NCBI GenBank assembly: GCA_963813025.1
Contig: CAWEXO010000005.1
Location: forward strand, 96,001 to 160,000
From: an uncultured Verrucomicrobiae bacterium
GTDB taxonomy: Bacteria; Verrucomicrobiota; Verrucomicrobiia; Chthoniobacterales; JAFAMB01
DNA: 64,000 bases
Direction of reading: 5' to 3'
The notes beneath the pieces were generated by a model, which worked only from the letters and a program-made list of their open reading frames with translations, was not told the DNA's origin and ran no database searches. A program made the translations under genes and the position numbers. Shown here in pieces: positions 20,241 to 30,013 of the stretch. Numbering within the stretch: the first letter of the stretch is position 1; each line of letters starts with the position of its first letter.

Positions 20241-21638
20241 ATGGCCGGTCCCGGGATGCACCAATTTCAGAATCTGTCGATGCAGCAAGTGCTTGCGCCG
20301 CAGCTGCAACAAAGCCTCCACATCCTGCAAGCCCCGGCTCTGGAGCTCCGAAATCTCGTCCAACAGGAACTGCAGACAAACCCGGTCTTAGAAGATGACA
20401 GCGAAACCGATGAGGCTTTAGCGGCCCGGGATGACTCCGATTTCCAGGAGGAGTTCGAACGTCTGGCGCGCCTCGATGAGGAATGGCGCGATTACATGGC
20501 CCAGAGCGTCAGCTATGCCTCGCGCAGTCCGGAGGATGAGGAGCGCCGCCAATTTTTTTTCGATTCTCTGGCTAATCAGGAAACCCTCCAGCAGCATCTT
20601 CTTGAGCAGCTCCGGACCGCTGACACCACCGCGGAACTGCGGGTTGCAGCCGAGATAGTGATCGGCAACATCGACGATCTCGGATTTCTCTCCACTCCGA
20701 TTGAAGAGGTCACCTCCGGTGTCTCTCCCGAGTTGTTGCGAAGGGCCCTGCAGTTAATCCAGACGTTTCACCCGGTTGGCGTGGGCGCTCGCGACCTGAA
20801 AGATTGCCTCCTGATTCAGCTCCGGCGGCTCGGCAAGGAGGGCACCCTCGAATACAAGATCGTGGATCAGCAGCTCGACGATCTGGGTCGGCGAAAGTTC
20901 CCGGAAATTGCCCGCCGGCTCGGCGTTTCGATCGAAGATGTCCGGCGCGCCGCCGCTTTCATTGGAACGCTCGATCCCAAGCCCGGCCAGATATTCACTC
21001 CCGATCCCAACACCTATGTTTTACCTGACGTAGTTGTCGAAAAGGTGGGCGCCGACTACTCCGTCTCGCTCACAGGAGATCAAATCCCGCACCTGCGCAT
21101 CAGCAAAACGTATAAAGATCTTATGACGCAGGGTCGAAATGGCTCGGAAGTCCGCGACTACATCCGGGAAAAGATCCGCAGCGGGAAGTTTCTGATTAAG
21201 AGCATCCACCAGCGCCAGCAAACGATCCTGAATATTGCAAACGAGATCGTCAAACGTCAGGGCGATTTTCTGGACAAGGGGACGGCGTTTCTGAAACCGA
21301 TGACCATGGTTCAGATTGCGGAAGTAGTCGGCGTCCACGAGACCACCGTGAGCCGGGCCATCTCCGGCAAGTACATGGCCACGCCGCAAGGCGTCTTTGA
21401 AATGAAGTATTTTTTTACGCCGGGGTATCAAACGACCGATGGCGTCGCGCTTAGTAATACCAGTGTCAAAGAGGCTATCGGCGACCTGATTCGTGGTGAG
21501 AATTCGCGCAATCCCCTGAGCGACAAAGAAATTGTGGAAATCCTCTCTGAACGCGGTATTCCTATCGCGCGCCGCACGGTAGCAAAATACCGTTCGGAGC
21601 TGAATATTTTACCTAGTAATCTACGCCGGCAGTTTTGA
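20241..21638 (+). CDS. rpoN: RNA polymerase sigma-54 factor
   Basis: Gln/Leu-rich region I, 'HETTVSRA', RpoN box 'ARRTVAKYR'. Confidence 0.98.
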   Translation: MAGPGMHQFQNLSMQQVLAPQLQQSLHILQAPALELRNLVQQELQTNPVLEDDSETDEALAARDDSDFQEEFERLARLDEEWRDYMAQSVSYASRSPEDEERRQFFFDSLANQETLQQHLLEQLRTADTTAELRVAAEIVIGNIDDLGFLSTPIEEVTSGVSPELLRRALQLIQTFHPVGVGARDLKDCLLIQLRRLGKEGTLEYKIVDQQLDDLGRRKFPEIARRLGVSIEDVRRAAAFIGTLDPKPGQIFTPDPNTYVLPDVVVEKVGADYSVSLTGDQIPHLRISKTYKDLMTQGRNGSEVRDYIREKIRSGKFLIKSIHQRQQTILNIANEIVKRQGDFLDKGTAFLKPMTMVQIAEVVGVHETTVSRAISGKYMATPQGVFEMKYFFTPGYQTTDGVALSNTSVKEAIGDLIRGENSRNPLSDKEIVEILSERGIPIARRTVAKYRSELNILPSNLRRQF

Positions 21639-21639
21639 T

Positions 21640-22404
21640 GTGCGCACCTTTTTGCTTCTGACCAGCGCGATCATATTTTTAAGCGTCGGGGCTATGGCCC
21701 GGCCTTTCCGTTTTCCGGAAGATACCTTCGCTTATTCCAACAATCTCTATTACGATTACCATCCCAACGCGGACGGAACGACAACCGTCAAACGACGAGA
21801 CGGAGAGGATCAGCCCGACTATTCCCGTCACTGCTATGCAATGACCCGATCGACGGTGCAATTCTTCCGTTTTGCCGAATTTCGGCCAGACCTTCCGCGG
21901 CTCAACGATGACGAATACGGTCAACGCATCCGGACGCTCTGCCGAATACCGCCCTGGAGTAAAGCTCCGGCCCAAAAGATCGTTTTTCCGGGCTACTCTG
22001 ACCTGAACAGTTTTTCCCGCGCCCACACCTTGTTGCTTCAGGAGAATCTGGGGATCTGGTGGCCGTCCTATCTACGCCTCGGAAATTGGCGGATCATTGA
22101 ACCGGAGCCACGTTCCGGGCAGGCTCATCTCGCGGCCTGGCTGAAGCAGCGGATTGACGATCGCCAGGTCCAAACCGTTTACATTACCCGACTTCGCCCT
22201 ATTAACCATTGTCTGGTCGTTTACGGATATGAGTTGGCTCCGACCGGCGACATCAAGTTTTCCGTGTATGATTGCAACCAACCGGGGAAGCTCGTTCATC
22301 TCACCTACCGGGCGTCCAATCGCAGCTTTTTCCTGGACAAAACGTGGTATTACTCCGCGGGTTTGGTGAACGTACTAAGCCTGTACGTCTCGCCTGTATT
22401 CTAG
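21640..22404 (+). CDS. Secreted hypothetical protein
   Basis: Signal peptide. The order of Cys (RHCY), His (NHCL) and Asp-x-Asn (YDCN) hints at a papain-like fold, but this is weak. Confidence 0.6.
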   Translation: MRTFLLLTSAIIFLSVGAMARPFRFPEDTFAYSNNLYYDYHPNADGTTTVKRRDGEDQPDYSRHCYAMTRSTVQFFRFAEFRPDLPRLNDDEYGQRIRTLCRIPPWSKAPAQKIVFPGYSDLNSFSRAHTLLLQENLGIWWPSYLRLGNWRIIEPEPRSGQAHLAAWLKQRIDDRQVQTVYITRLRPINHCLVVYGYELAPTGDIKFSVYDCNQPGKLVHLTYRASNRSFFLDKTWYYSAGLVNVLSLYVSPVF

Positions 22405-22414
22405 GAAGCTACGC

Positions 22415-23488
22415 ATGGGCCTTTTCTCATGGTTTAAGTCAAGCAAACAGGACGCGCGGTCCGGGCTGAGGCCACCTCCGCCGGCACGGGAAGGTCCGGC
22501 AGAGCCTCCAGTTCCAACAGATCCGACCGAAACGGCGATTGAACCAACCCCAACCGACCCGAGTGGAGAAATGCCGGAAGATGGCCAGAAACAAATCCGT
22601 CTTAGAGAAATCTCCACTGAAACGATCTGGGTGCGCCTTGCTCCGATCCTGGAGTCACTCCCGCCTGAAGTGGGACAGGCCGCCTTACGTCAGCTCGCGC
22701 AAACCGATGTACGGATTGCTCTGCGAAAGGATTCCATTGAGTCGCAGTTGTCCTCTGGCCGGGTGGTCATTCCCCTCCCAGAATTCCTCCAAGCCATTCC
22801 GGAAGATATTCGCGACGCGTTCGGCGCCGTCAATCCGGGCACCACGATCCCGATTCCCTTAGAGGAGATCTTCCAAGAACTGCCCATGGAGTCGATCAAA
22901 ACGCGAGCGGACCAAATCATTGAGCCTGCGCCGGAGATCATACCCACTCCCTTTTCAGAACATGCCAGGGAGGATGCGGCACGGTTCGCGGCAACCGGCG
23001 AACGCCAGGCTGAGGAAACGCTGGCCACAAAAGGGGATGTGAACCAGCATCCACCAAAGCCGGATTACGAGGCCTTGCGAATTCTCCTCATGACAGACGA
23101 CGAACTCGATATTCCCAAGGTAATAGCCTTGGCCGGCAAATTGCCCGGAATCGATCGCAGCCTGTTGACCACTCTGACCGGTCAGAAAATCGCCGGAGAC
23201 TTGGGTGAATCCCGGTACGCCAAGGCCGCCACTTTTCTTCTTCCGCAGCTTTTCACCACCGCGACTCTCTCGCTCAGAGAGATCTCGTTTCGGCCTCTTG
23301 AGACGTTGAGCCTCAATTTTGGAGACGAACAGCTAAGCAGCTTTGTGCAGGAACACCTCTGCCTGACGGTTCTCCACCCGCCGCGCCCGCTGCGCCCAGG
23401 AGTTCGGGAAACCATGGTAAAGGTGCTGGCCGAGCTGGTGCGCCTGGTGCCGGATCCCATTTCGCCGAAAGACCATGCCAGTCCTTAA
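22415..23488 (+). CDS. Hypothetical protein with C-terminal roadblock/MglB-like domain
   Basis: Pro-rich N-terminus. The C-terminal 'LPGIDRSLLTTLTGQKIAG' pattern resembles a roadblock domain. Overlaps mglA. Confidence 0.55.
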   Translation: MGLFSWFKSSKQDARSGLRPPPPAREGPAEPPVPTDPTETAIEPTPTDPSGEMPEDGQKQIRLREISTETIWVRLAPILESLPPEVGQAALRQLAQTDVRIALRKDSIESQLSSGRVVIPLPEFLQAIPEDIRDAFGAVNPGTTIPIPLEEIFQELPMESIKTRADQIIEPAPEIIPTPFSEHAREDAARFAATGERQAEETLATKGDVNQHPPKPDYEALRILLMTDDELDIPKVIALAGKLPGIDRSLLTTLTGQKIAGDLGESRYAKAATFLLPQLFTTATLSLREISFRPLETLSLNFGDEQLSSFVQEHLCLTVLHPPRPLRPGVRETMVKVLAELVRLVPDPISPKDHASP

Positions 23489-24083
23489 CTACGCCCGCAA
23501 AGAGATCCAGTTCAAAATTGTCTATTACGGACCCGCCTTAGGCGGCAAGACAACCAATCTTTCCTATATTCACTCCCGGATTTCTCCGGCATTCCGCGGT
23601 GACTTGATCTCGCTGGCCACATCGGCTGACCGCACGCTGTTCTTCGATTTTTTACCGCTCAGTAGCATTGTCCTGCAGGGATTTAAAACAAAGTTCCAGC
23701 TTTACACGGTTCCGGGACAAGTAATCTATGACGCGACCAGACAATTGGTTTTGCGCGGTGTCGATGGAATTGTGTTCGTGGCTGACTCGCAATGGAACAA
23801 AATGGAGGAGAACGTCGAGAGCTTTCGGAATCTCGAGAAAAATCTGGAACTTCAGCAGCTCCGGCTGGATGAGATGCCCTACGTCCTGCAGTTCAACAAA
23901 CGGGATTTGCCAAACGTGAGTCCGCCCAACTATCTCGAGTACCTGCTGAACAATCGTTCAAAGCGGGTGCAAAGTTTCGAGACAGTCGCGACCACTGGGC
24001 GAAACGTCTTTGCGGCCTTGGATGCGGTGAGCCAAATTCTCTTGCATCGGTTCAATCGCGAACAAAAGCAGCTTGCCGGTTGA
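23475..24083 (+). CDS. mglA: MglA-family small GTPase
   Basis: 'KIVYYGPALGGKTTNL', 'DRTLFFDFLP', 'YTVPGQV', 'NKRDL'. Confidence 0.95.
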   Translation: MPVLNYARKEIQFKIVYYGPALGGKTTNLSYIHSRISPAFRGDLISLATSADRTLFFDFLPLSSIVLQGFKTKFQLYTVPGQVIYDATRQLVLRGVDGIVFVADSQWNKMEENVESFRNLEKNLELQQLRLDEMPYVLQFNKRDLPNVSPPNYLEYLLNNRSKRVQSFETVATTGRNVFAALDAVSQILLHRFNREQKQLAG

Positions 24084-24131
24084 CTAGCTATATTCACTGG
24101 CGTCCTTTCAGCGGCTCGCTATTCTTGGCAG

Positions 24132-24797
24132 ATGCTGGATTATATGCAAAAGGGCGGGCCGCTCATGTGGCTCATCCTGCTGTGTAGTGTTGTTGCGGTC
24201 GCAGTACTCGCCGAGCGATTGCTTTATTTGCATCGGGCAACCATCAACGTCGGGGAATTCCTGCAGGGGGTTTCCAATTTGATCCGAAACCGAAATTTCG
24301 CGGAGGCACGGATCGAATGCCAGGCGGCGTCTGTACCAGTCACCCGGGTAATCCATGCCGCAATTCTGCGCCATCGGCTGCCGCGGCAAGAGCTGAGGGA
24401 GATTGTCCAGGAAGCCGGGCAGCTGGAAGTTCCGCGACTGGAACGGCATCTGGGCATCCTCGTTGGAATCGGCTACCTCACTCCCCTGATCGGCTTACTC
24501 GGCACCGTGACCGGATTCATCCAGGCTTTCGTGCAGCTCTCCGCCAACAATGGTTATGCCACGTTGCCGGACGTGTCGGCCGGAATCTACCAGAGCTTGT
24601 TGACGACTGCCGCCGGTCTGGTGGTAGCAATTCCAACCATCCTCGGTTACTGCTACCTTTCGTCCCGCGTCACGGCGATGCTGCATGATATGGAACGGGC
24701 GGGAATCGAGGTGGTCCATCTACTCACGGAGACTCAGCTCGAATCCTCTATTGTCGAGTTTCAGCCAAGTTCACAGTTGAGCGGAGAACGCCGATGA
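24132..24797 (+). CDS. MotA/TolQ/ExbB proton channel
   Basis: 'PLIGLLGTVTG', 'LLTTAAGLVVAIP'. Confidence 0.95.
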   Translation: MLDYMQKGGPLMWLILLCSVVAVAVLAERLLYLHRATINVGEFLQGVSNLIRNRNFAEARIECQAASVPVTRVIHAAILRHRLPRQELREIVQEAGQLEVPRLERHLGILVGIGYLTPLIGLLGTVTGFIQAFVQLSANNGYATLPDVSAGIYQSLLTTAAGLVVAIPTILGYCYLSSRVTAMLHDMERAGIEVVHLLTETQLESSIVEFQPSSQLSGERR

Positions 24798-25198
24798 AAT
24801 TGACCCGTTCGGTTCAGCTAAATCCCTATCTGGTGTTTTTGACGCCTTTGGCAGACTTTACCTGTCTGCTTCTGCTTCTCTTTCTGGTCAGCTCTACTTT
24901 TCTATTGCACCCCGGTATCAGTGTCACTTTGCCGTTTTCGAAATTCACGCTCGGCCCGGAAAAGAATCCGGTCGTTGTGACAGTCACCGCAGGATCCTAT
25001 CCGACCATTTACTACCGCGAGCAGCAGGTCACGCTGGAAAACCTCGGGAAGGCGCTGGACCAAAGCCCGCTAAAGGAAAAGTCGGTGATCATTCGTGCGG
25101 ACCAGATGACCCCGCAGGGAATCATTGTCCAAATCATGAATCTGTGCCTGGAGCGCGGATATTCCGTTGTTCTGGCGACCGCTTCTCGCCAGCAATGA
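24794..25198 (+). CDS. ExbD/TolR protein
   Basis: TM segment with conserved Asp 'LTPLADFTCLLL'; 'VIIRAD'. Confidence 0.92.
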   Translation: MKLTRSVQLNPYLVFLTPLADFTCLLLLLFLVSSTFLLHPGISVTLPFSKFTLGPEKNPVVVTVTAGSYPTIYYREQQVTLENLGKALDQSPLKEKSVIIRADQMTPQGIIVQIMNLCLERGYSVVLATASRQQ

Positions 25199-25902
25199 AT
25201 CCGGGAGCTTCCGCACAGCTGACATTCGATTGGCTGAGAGAGCGATGGGATTATCGCCTTCCGTTACTGCTGGCCGTTTCTTTGGTTGTGCACGTCCTCT
25301 CTTTCTACATTTTTCAGACGGTCTATCCGGCGACGACCTCGCTGCCGCCGCCCTCGGCCCGTATCAGCGTGCTCAATCCAAGCGATCCGTTACAAGCTCG
25401 GCTGCTCGATTTAGTCGAGCTCAATAATCCGGCGAGAATTTCCGCACCAGCTTTACCGGACTCCTCCGTGAAGAAACTCGTGCCGCCGTATCGACCCACC
25501 TTTACAACGACTGCGCCGGAACTGCTCGCACTCGACGAGACCAAAGCTGAGCCCGCCAACAGGCTACCGACTCTGCTCACCGGCGAAACCTTACTGCCGC
25601 TCCGGGTCCATCCGGAAGAGAGTGAGCGCGTGTTTCGCAGTACGCTCGCGTTTTCGGAGAACCTGTCGGCACGCGCTCCTCGCGAGCTGCCGGTAGTACC
25701 AAGCACGCCTAAACTGGTTCAGGCAAATACGTTTTTCTTGGGCGTCAATCCGGCGGGGGAGGTTGCCTACTCCTTCCTTTGGAAGTCGAGCGGTGACAAC
25801 ACCCTGGACCAGACTGCCGAATCGTTTCTACGCAGTCTTCGTTTCAAACCAGCCAGTGCTCCAACTTGGGGCATGGCGACGCTGCGCTGGGGAGTAGACT
25901 AA
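25195..25902 (+). CDS. TonB-like energy transducer
   Basis: N-terminal TM with S-x3-H ('VSLVVH'), Pro-rich linker, TonB-C-like 'SSGDNTLDQTAESFLRSLRFKP'. Confidence 0.72.
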   Translation: MNPGASAQLTFDWLRERWDYRLPLLLAVSLVVHVLSFYIFQTVYPATTSLPPPSARISVLNPSDPLQARLLDLVELNNPARISAPALPDSSVKKLVPPYRPTFTTTAPELLALDETKAEPANRLPTLLTGETLLPLRVHPEESERVFRSTLAFSENLSARAPRELPVVPSTPKLVQANTFFLGVNPAGEVAYSFLWKSSGDNTLDQTAESFLRSLRFKPASAPTWGMATLRWGVD

Positions 25903-26142
25903 ATGCTGCGCGTCGAATTGCCGATCCTGGTATTTATCTATCTTTTTGTTTTCCTCGCCGCGATCTTTTCGCTCTGGATCGTGTATGAATGGCGGCGGCA
26001 AAGCCAAGAAAAACAGGCCTTGCGTTACCGGGTACAGTGCACGATCTGTGCGTCTATTTTCGAAGATAAAAGCAATGCTCTGCTGCCGCGGTGCCCTCAC
26101 TGCGGAAGCCTGAACGAGCGATTCAAAATGGGAGGTTTATAG
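25903..26142 (+). CDS. Small membrane protein with zinc ribbon
   Basis: One TM segment plus CTIC...CPHC. Confidence 0.75.
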   Translation: MLRVELPILVFIYLFVFLAAIFSLWIVYEWRRQSQEKQALRYRVQCTICASIFEDKSNALLPRCPHCGSLNERFKMGGL

Positions 26143-26146
26143 CTCT

Positions 26147-27331
26147 ATGGGAATGTTCATCGGGCGTAACCGGAAAGCGCGAGTGACTTACGGATTCGAC
26201 GAGATTGCTCTCGTTCCCGGCGATGTCACGATCAACCCAAACGAGGTCGACATTAGCTTCGCCATCGCCCGGGCGAACGCGGACCCGATCAAGCTGGAAA
26301 TTCCGATTCTGGCCAGCGCCATGGACGGGGTAGTTGACGTGGATTTCGCGATCCAGATGGGCAAGCTTGGCGGTTTGGCGGTGCTGAACCTGGAAGGGGT
26401 GCAAACCCGCTACAAAAATCCCGCAGAAGTGCTGCTAAAGGTCCTCGAAGCGGACAAAGACCATGTCACCGGTCTTCTCCAGAAGATTTATCAGGAGCCG
26501 GTACAGGAAGATTTGATTGCCGCTCGCATCAAAGAAATCAAGGATTCCGGGGTGATCGCGGCGGTAAGTTCGATTCCGCAGAAAGCGGAGCATTATGGCC
26601 GGCTTGCGGCGGAAGCAGGCGTTGATGTCTTTGTTGTCCAGAGCACGGTTTCCACGGTCCGCCACATCTCGACGGAGTATCGGAGTCTGGATCTGAGACG
26701 CCTTTGCCGGGATATGCCCTGCCCGATCATCGTTGGAAACACCGTCGGGTACTCTGTCACCCTTGAAATCCTGGAGTGCGGCGTCGCCGGCGTTCTGGTC
26801 GGGGTGGGACCGGGGGCAGCCTGCACCTCTCGAGGGGTGCTTGGTCTCGGAGTTCCCCAGGTGACCGCCACCGTCGATTGTGCGGCCGCCCGGGATCATT
26901 TTTATAAGAGAACCGGGAACTTCGTTCCAATCATCACGGACGGCGGTATGAGCAAGGGAGGAGACGTCTGCAAAGCCCTGGCCTGCGGAGCGGATGCCGT
27001 AATGATCGGCAGCGCTTTCGCCAAAGCCGTTGAGGCGCCCGGCCAAGGCTATCACTGGGGAATGGCCACCCCTCACGCGAACTTGCCTCGGGGAACCCGG
27101 ATCCGGGTGGGAACTACCGGTCCGCTCCGGCAGATTCTGTTCGGCCCCGCCGAAGTTGATGATGGCAGCCAGAATCTCGTCGGCGCGATCACAACTTGCA
27201 TGGGTAATGTCGGCGCGGCCAATCTTCGGGAATTTCAGGAGACCGAGATCATCATTGCTCCCTCCATACGAACCGAGGGCAAGCTTTTCCAGCAGGTGCA
27301 GATGGTTGGCATGGGTTCGCGAAGCTCGTAA
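26147..27331 (+). CDS. IMP dehydrogenase family protein (GuaB3-like, no CBS domains)
   Basis: 'YGFDEIALVP', 'ASAMDGV', 'GVGPGAACTSR', 'TDGG'. Confidence 0.92.
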   Translation: MGMFIGRNRKARVTYGFDEIALVPGDVTINPNEVDISFAIARANADPIKLEIPILASAMDGVVDVDFAIQMGKLGGLAVLNLEGVQTRYKNPAEVLLKVLEADKDHVTGLLQKIYQEPVQEDLIAARIKEIKDSGVIAAVSSIPQKAEHYGRLAAEAGVDVFVVQSTVSTVRHISTEYRSLDLRRLCRDMPCPIIVGNTVGYSVTLEILECGVAGVLVGVGPGAACTSRGVLGLGVPQVTATVDCAAARDHFYKRTGNFVPIITDGGMSKGGDVCKALACGADAVMIGSAFAKAVEAPGQGYHWGMATPHANLPRGTRIRVGTTGPLRQILFGPAEVDDGSQNLVGAITTCMGNVGAANLREFQETEIIIAPSIRTEGKLFQQVQMVGMGSRSS

Positions 27332-27384
27332 AGATTTCAATGCTAATTCAGTCCCCAATAGCTTAGCCCCTACAGCGTTATTTC

Positions 27385-28629
27385 ATGAGCGTTCGACGTG
27401 TCGTCATCACTGGCATGGGATTGGTCTCCCCTTTGGGCAACGATCTTAAGACTTTTTGGGAAAACCTGATCGCCGGGCGAAGCGGGATCCGAAAAATCGT
27501 GCAGTTCGACGCATCAAGCTTTGATTGCCAGATCGCAGGCGAGGTGCACGACTTCGATCCGGTGCGTTACGTCAGCAATCCTAAAGAAGTGCGGCGCACG
27601 GACCGGTTCACCCAATTTGCCTTGGCGAGCGCCAAGTTAGCCGTGGAAAATAGTGGACTCGATCTGGATCGAGTCGATCGAACCCGGGTTGGAGTCCTGG
27701 TCGGCAGCGGCATCGGCGGCCTGAAGTCACTGGAGGATCAACACACGATCCTGATGAACAAGGGAGCTTCCCGAGTCTCGCCTTTCATGGTGCCAATGAT
27801 GATCGTCAACATGGCGAGCGGCCTGATCTCGATCGAATACGGTTTTGAAGGCCCAAACTTCTCGATCGTCAGCGCCTGCGCTACTGGCGCCAACAGTATC
27901 GGAGAAGCCTGGCGGATGATTCGCGATGGCGAAGCGGAGGTGTTTCTGGCGGGTGGCTGCGAGGCTGTGGTCTGCCCGCTTGGCATTGGCGGTTTCTGCG
28001 CGATGCGCGCCATGAGCACTCGCAACGAAGAGCCCGAACGGGCCTCGCGCCCGTTCGATCGCGAACGGGATGGATTTGTGATGGGTGAAGGCGGAGGCGT
28101 CCTTGTTCTCGAGGAATACGAACACGCAAAGGCGCGAGGCGCGCACATCTATTGTGAACTAGCCGGCTACGGACTGACGGCGGACGCCTACCACATGACT
28201 GCTCCCAAGCCAGACGGGACCGCTGTGGCACGCGGCATGAAAAGCGCAGTTGAGCATGCCCGATGCAACGTCGAAGAGATTGACTATATCAATGCCCACG
28301 CTACCTCGACTCCGGTGGGGGACATCTCGGAAACGAGTGCCATCAAACTTTTCGCCGGTGATCACGCAAAGAAAGGTTTGCTGGTCAGTTCAACAAAATC
28401 AATGACCGGACATCTCCTGGGCGGCGCTGGCGGGTTGGAAAGTATCGTGTGCGCCCTCGCCATCCAGGAAGGCGTTATTCCTCCGACCATCAATCTGGAA
28501 AATCCAGATCCTCAGTGCGACCTCGATTACGTGCCAAATCACTGCCGGGAAAAGAAGGTTCGACTTGCTTTGAACAATTCGTTCGGCTTCGGGGGACACA
28601 ACGCCACTTTGGCGTTCAAAGCTCTCTGA
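27385..28629 (+). CDS. fabF: 3-oxoacyl-ACP synthase II
   Basis: 'SACATG', 'NAHATST', 'KSMTGHLLG', 'NSFGFGGHN'. Confidence 0.97.
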   Translation: MSVRRVVITGMGLVSPLGNDLKTFWENLIAGRSGIRKIVQFDASSFDCQIAGEVHDFDPVRYVSNPKEVRRTDRFTQFALASAKLAVENSGLDLDRVDRTRVGVLVGSGIGGLKSLEDQHTILMNKGASRVSPFMVPMMIVNMASGLISIEYGFEGPNFSIVSACATGANSIGEAWRMIRDGEAEVFLAGGCEAVVCPLGIGGFCAMRAMSTRNEEPERASRPFDRERDGFVMGEGGGVLVLEEYEHAKARGAHIYCELAGYGLTADAYHMTAPKPDGTAVARGMKSAVEHARCNVEEIDYINAHATSTPVGDISETSAIKLFAGDHAKKGLLVSSTKSMTGHLLGGAGGLESIVCALAIQEGVIPPTINLENPDPQCDLDYVPNHCREKKVRLALNNSFGFGGHNATLAFKAL

Positions 28630-28740
28630 GGGATCTTCAGTAGAAAAGCCTTTTACTTTGTCTCGCGACGTCCGCTGGCCGTTGTGCGAGTAGTGCGGAA
28701 ATCTAGAGAATGTCTCTCAACATCCCGCTGGCTCGCGACC

Positions 28741-28865
28741 GGTAGGGCGAAAATTTATCCGAGCCTTAGCGAGGACTCGTTTGAGCCGGACACAGGGGGT
28801 GTGCCACACCTCCAAGACGGCTCAAACAAGTTCTCGCTGACGCTCGAATGAATTTTCGCCCTACC
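28741..28865. repeat. About 125-bp palindromic REP/REPIN-like element, copy 1
   Basis: Ends GGTAGGGCGAAAATT...AATTTTCGCCCTACC with long imperfect arms. Homologous to the copies at 35481 and 56616. Confidence 0.93.
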
Positions 28866-29036
28866 AGCACAGAGTCCAAGGATGTTCCGAGACGGTCTCT
28901 AACTAAGTTCTCGCCCTACCGACGCCGCGCCAACGACACAAATTGCGAGACATCTCTTTATCTGAGCCGCTTCGGGAGAAATCTATTAGAGCATTTGACC
29001 GATTTCAGGAGGTAGAGTTTTGAACATTCGCCATCC

Positions 29037-29903
29037 GTGAACAAGCACGTCTTTTTTCTTTTACTTAGCGCCCTGCTTTGGTCCTTGGGTGGGGTCCTCA
29101 TTAAGAGCATCGACTGGACCCCGTTGGGTATTGCCGGCGCCCGCAGTCTGATCGCGGCGGTCCTCATGTTTTTCTTTTGCCGAACCGGTTGGCAAAAGCT
29201 TACCTGGGCCGCCCTTCCCGGCTCCCTCGCCTATGCAGCTACCGTCGTACTTTTTGTTCTGGCGACCAAACTGACAACGGCGGCCAATGCCATATTTCTC
29301 CAGTACACCGCGCCCATTTATATCGCGATCATTGGCCCGTGGTATCTCCAGGAAAAAACCAGTGTGCTGGATTGGATTTTTATCTTGGTCGCTCTTTCGG
29401 GAGTTGGCCTCTTCTTCGTCGATCGTCTCAGCCTCAATGGTTTAATCGGGGTGTCGGCCGCGCTAGCCAGCGGCTTGAGCTTCGCCTGGATGACGATGCT
29501 TCTCCGGCGCCAGCGGCACGCTTCGCCTGAAGCAGTGCTATTTCTCGGCAATGCGGCAACCGTGCTAATCACTCTTCCCTGGCTTCTTCAGCCGGTTGAT
29601 CTTGCGCGGAACGCGCCGGGTCTTCTGGCGCTCGGCGTGGTCCAGCTCACCATTCCCTATCTGATCTACGCGCGGGCGATCCGTCATGTGCGTGCTTTAG
29701 ACGCAGCGTTGATCAGCATGATCGAACCCATCCTCAACCCGCTCTGGGTCATGTTAGTGACCTTTGAAAAGCCGTCACTCTGGTCGATCCTCGGTGGGTG
29801 CCTCGTTCTGGGGAGTTCGTTCGCTCGCACTTTGACGAGCGCCCGGGCAAGAACCGAGCTTTTGCCAAGTCCCGAAGCCGTGATCAACGCGACAGAGGAT
29901 TGA
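29037..29903 (+). CDS. EamA/DMT family transporter
   Basis: About 10 TM segments, 'ANAIFLQYTAP', 'IEPILNPLWV'. Confidence 0.92.
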   Translation: MNKHVFFLLLSALLWSLGGVLIKSIDWTPLGIAGARSLIAAVLMFFFCRTGWQKLTWAALPGSLAYAATVVLFVLATKLTTAANAIFLQYTAPIYIAIIGPWYLQEKTSVLDWIFILVALSGVGLFFVDRLSLNGLIGVSAALASGLSFAWMTMLLRRQRHASPEAVLFLGNAATVLITLPWLLQPVDLARNAPGLLALGVVQLTIPYLIYARAIRHVRALDAALISMIEPILNPLWVMLVTFEKPSLWSILGGCLVLGSSFARTLTSARARTELLPSPEAVINATED

Positions 29904-29946
29904 AGCGATTCAGGGCTCGCTGCTCTCCCGCAGTTTGACCTTTCCG

Positions 29947-29961
29947 TGGCATTGATTTTGC
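29947..29961 (+). promoter_or_regulatory. Candidate sigma-54 (-24/-12) promoter
   Basis: TGGCATTGATTTTGC gives GG-N10-GC, upstream of the ATP-grasp/alpha-E gene. Confidence 0.55.
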
Positions 29962-30013
29962 GTTCCAGCTAATCTACCAAATGTGAAATCTGTAGTGACC
30001 TCGTATTTTTGCG

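Noticed and set aside
26435..27358. Long antisense ORFs (also 8178-8993, 10085-10969, 37625-38521, 38693-39982)
   Set aside because: They are shadows of well-supported genes on the opposite strand in GC-rich DNA and show no recognisable motifs.
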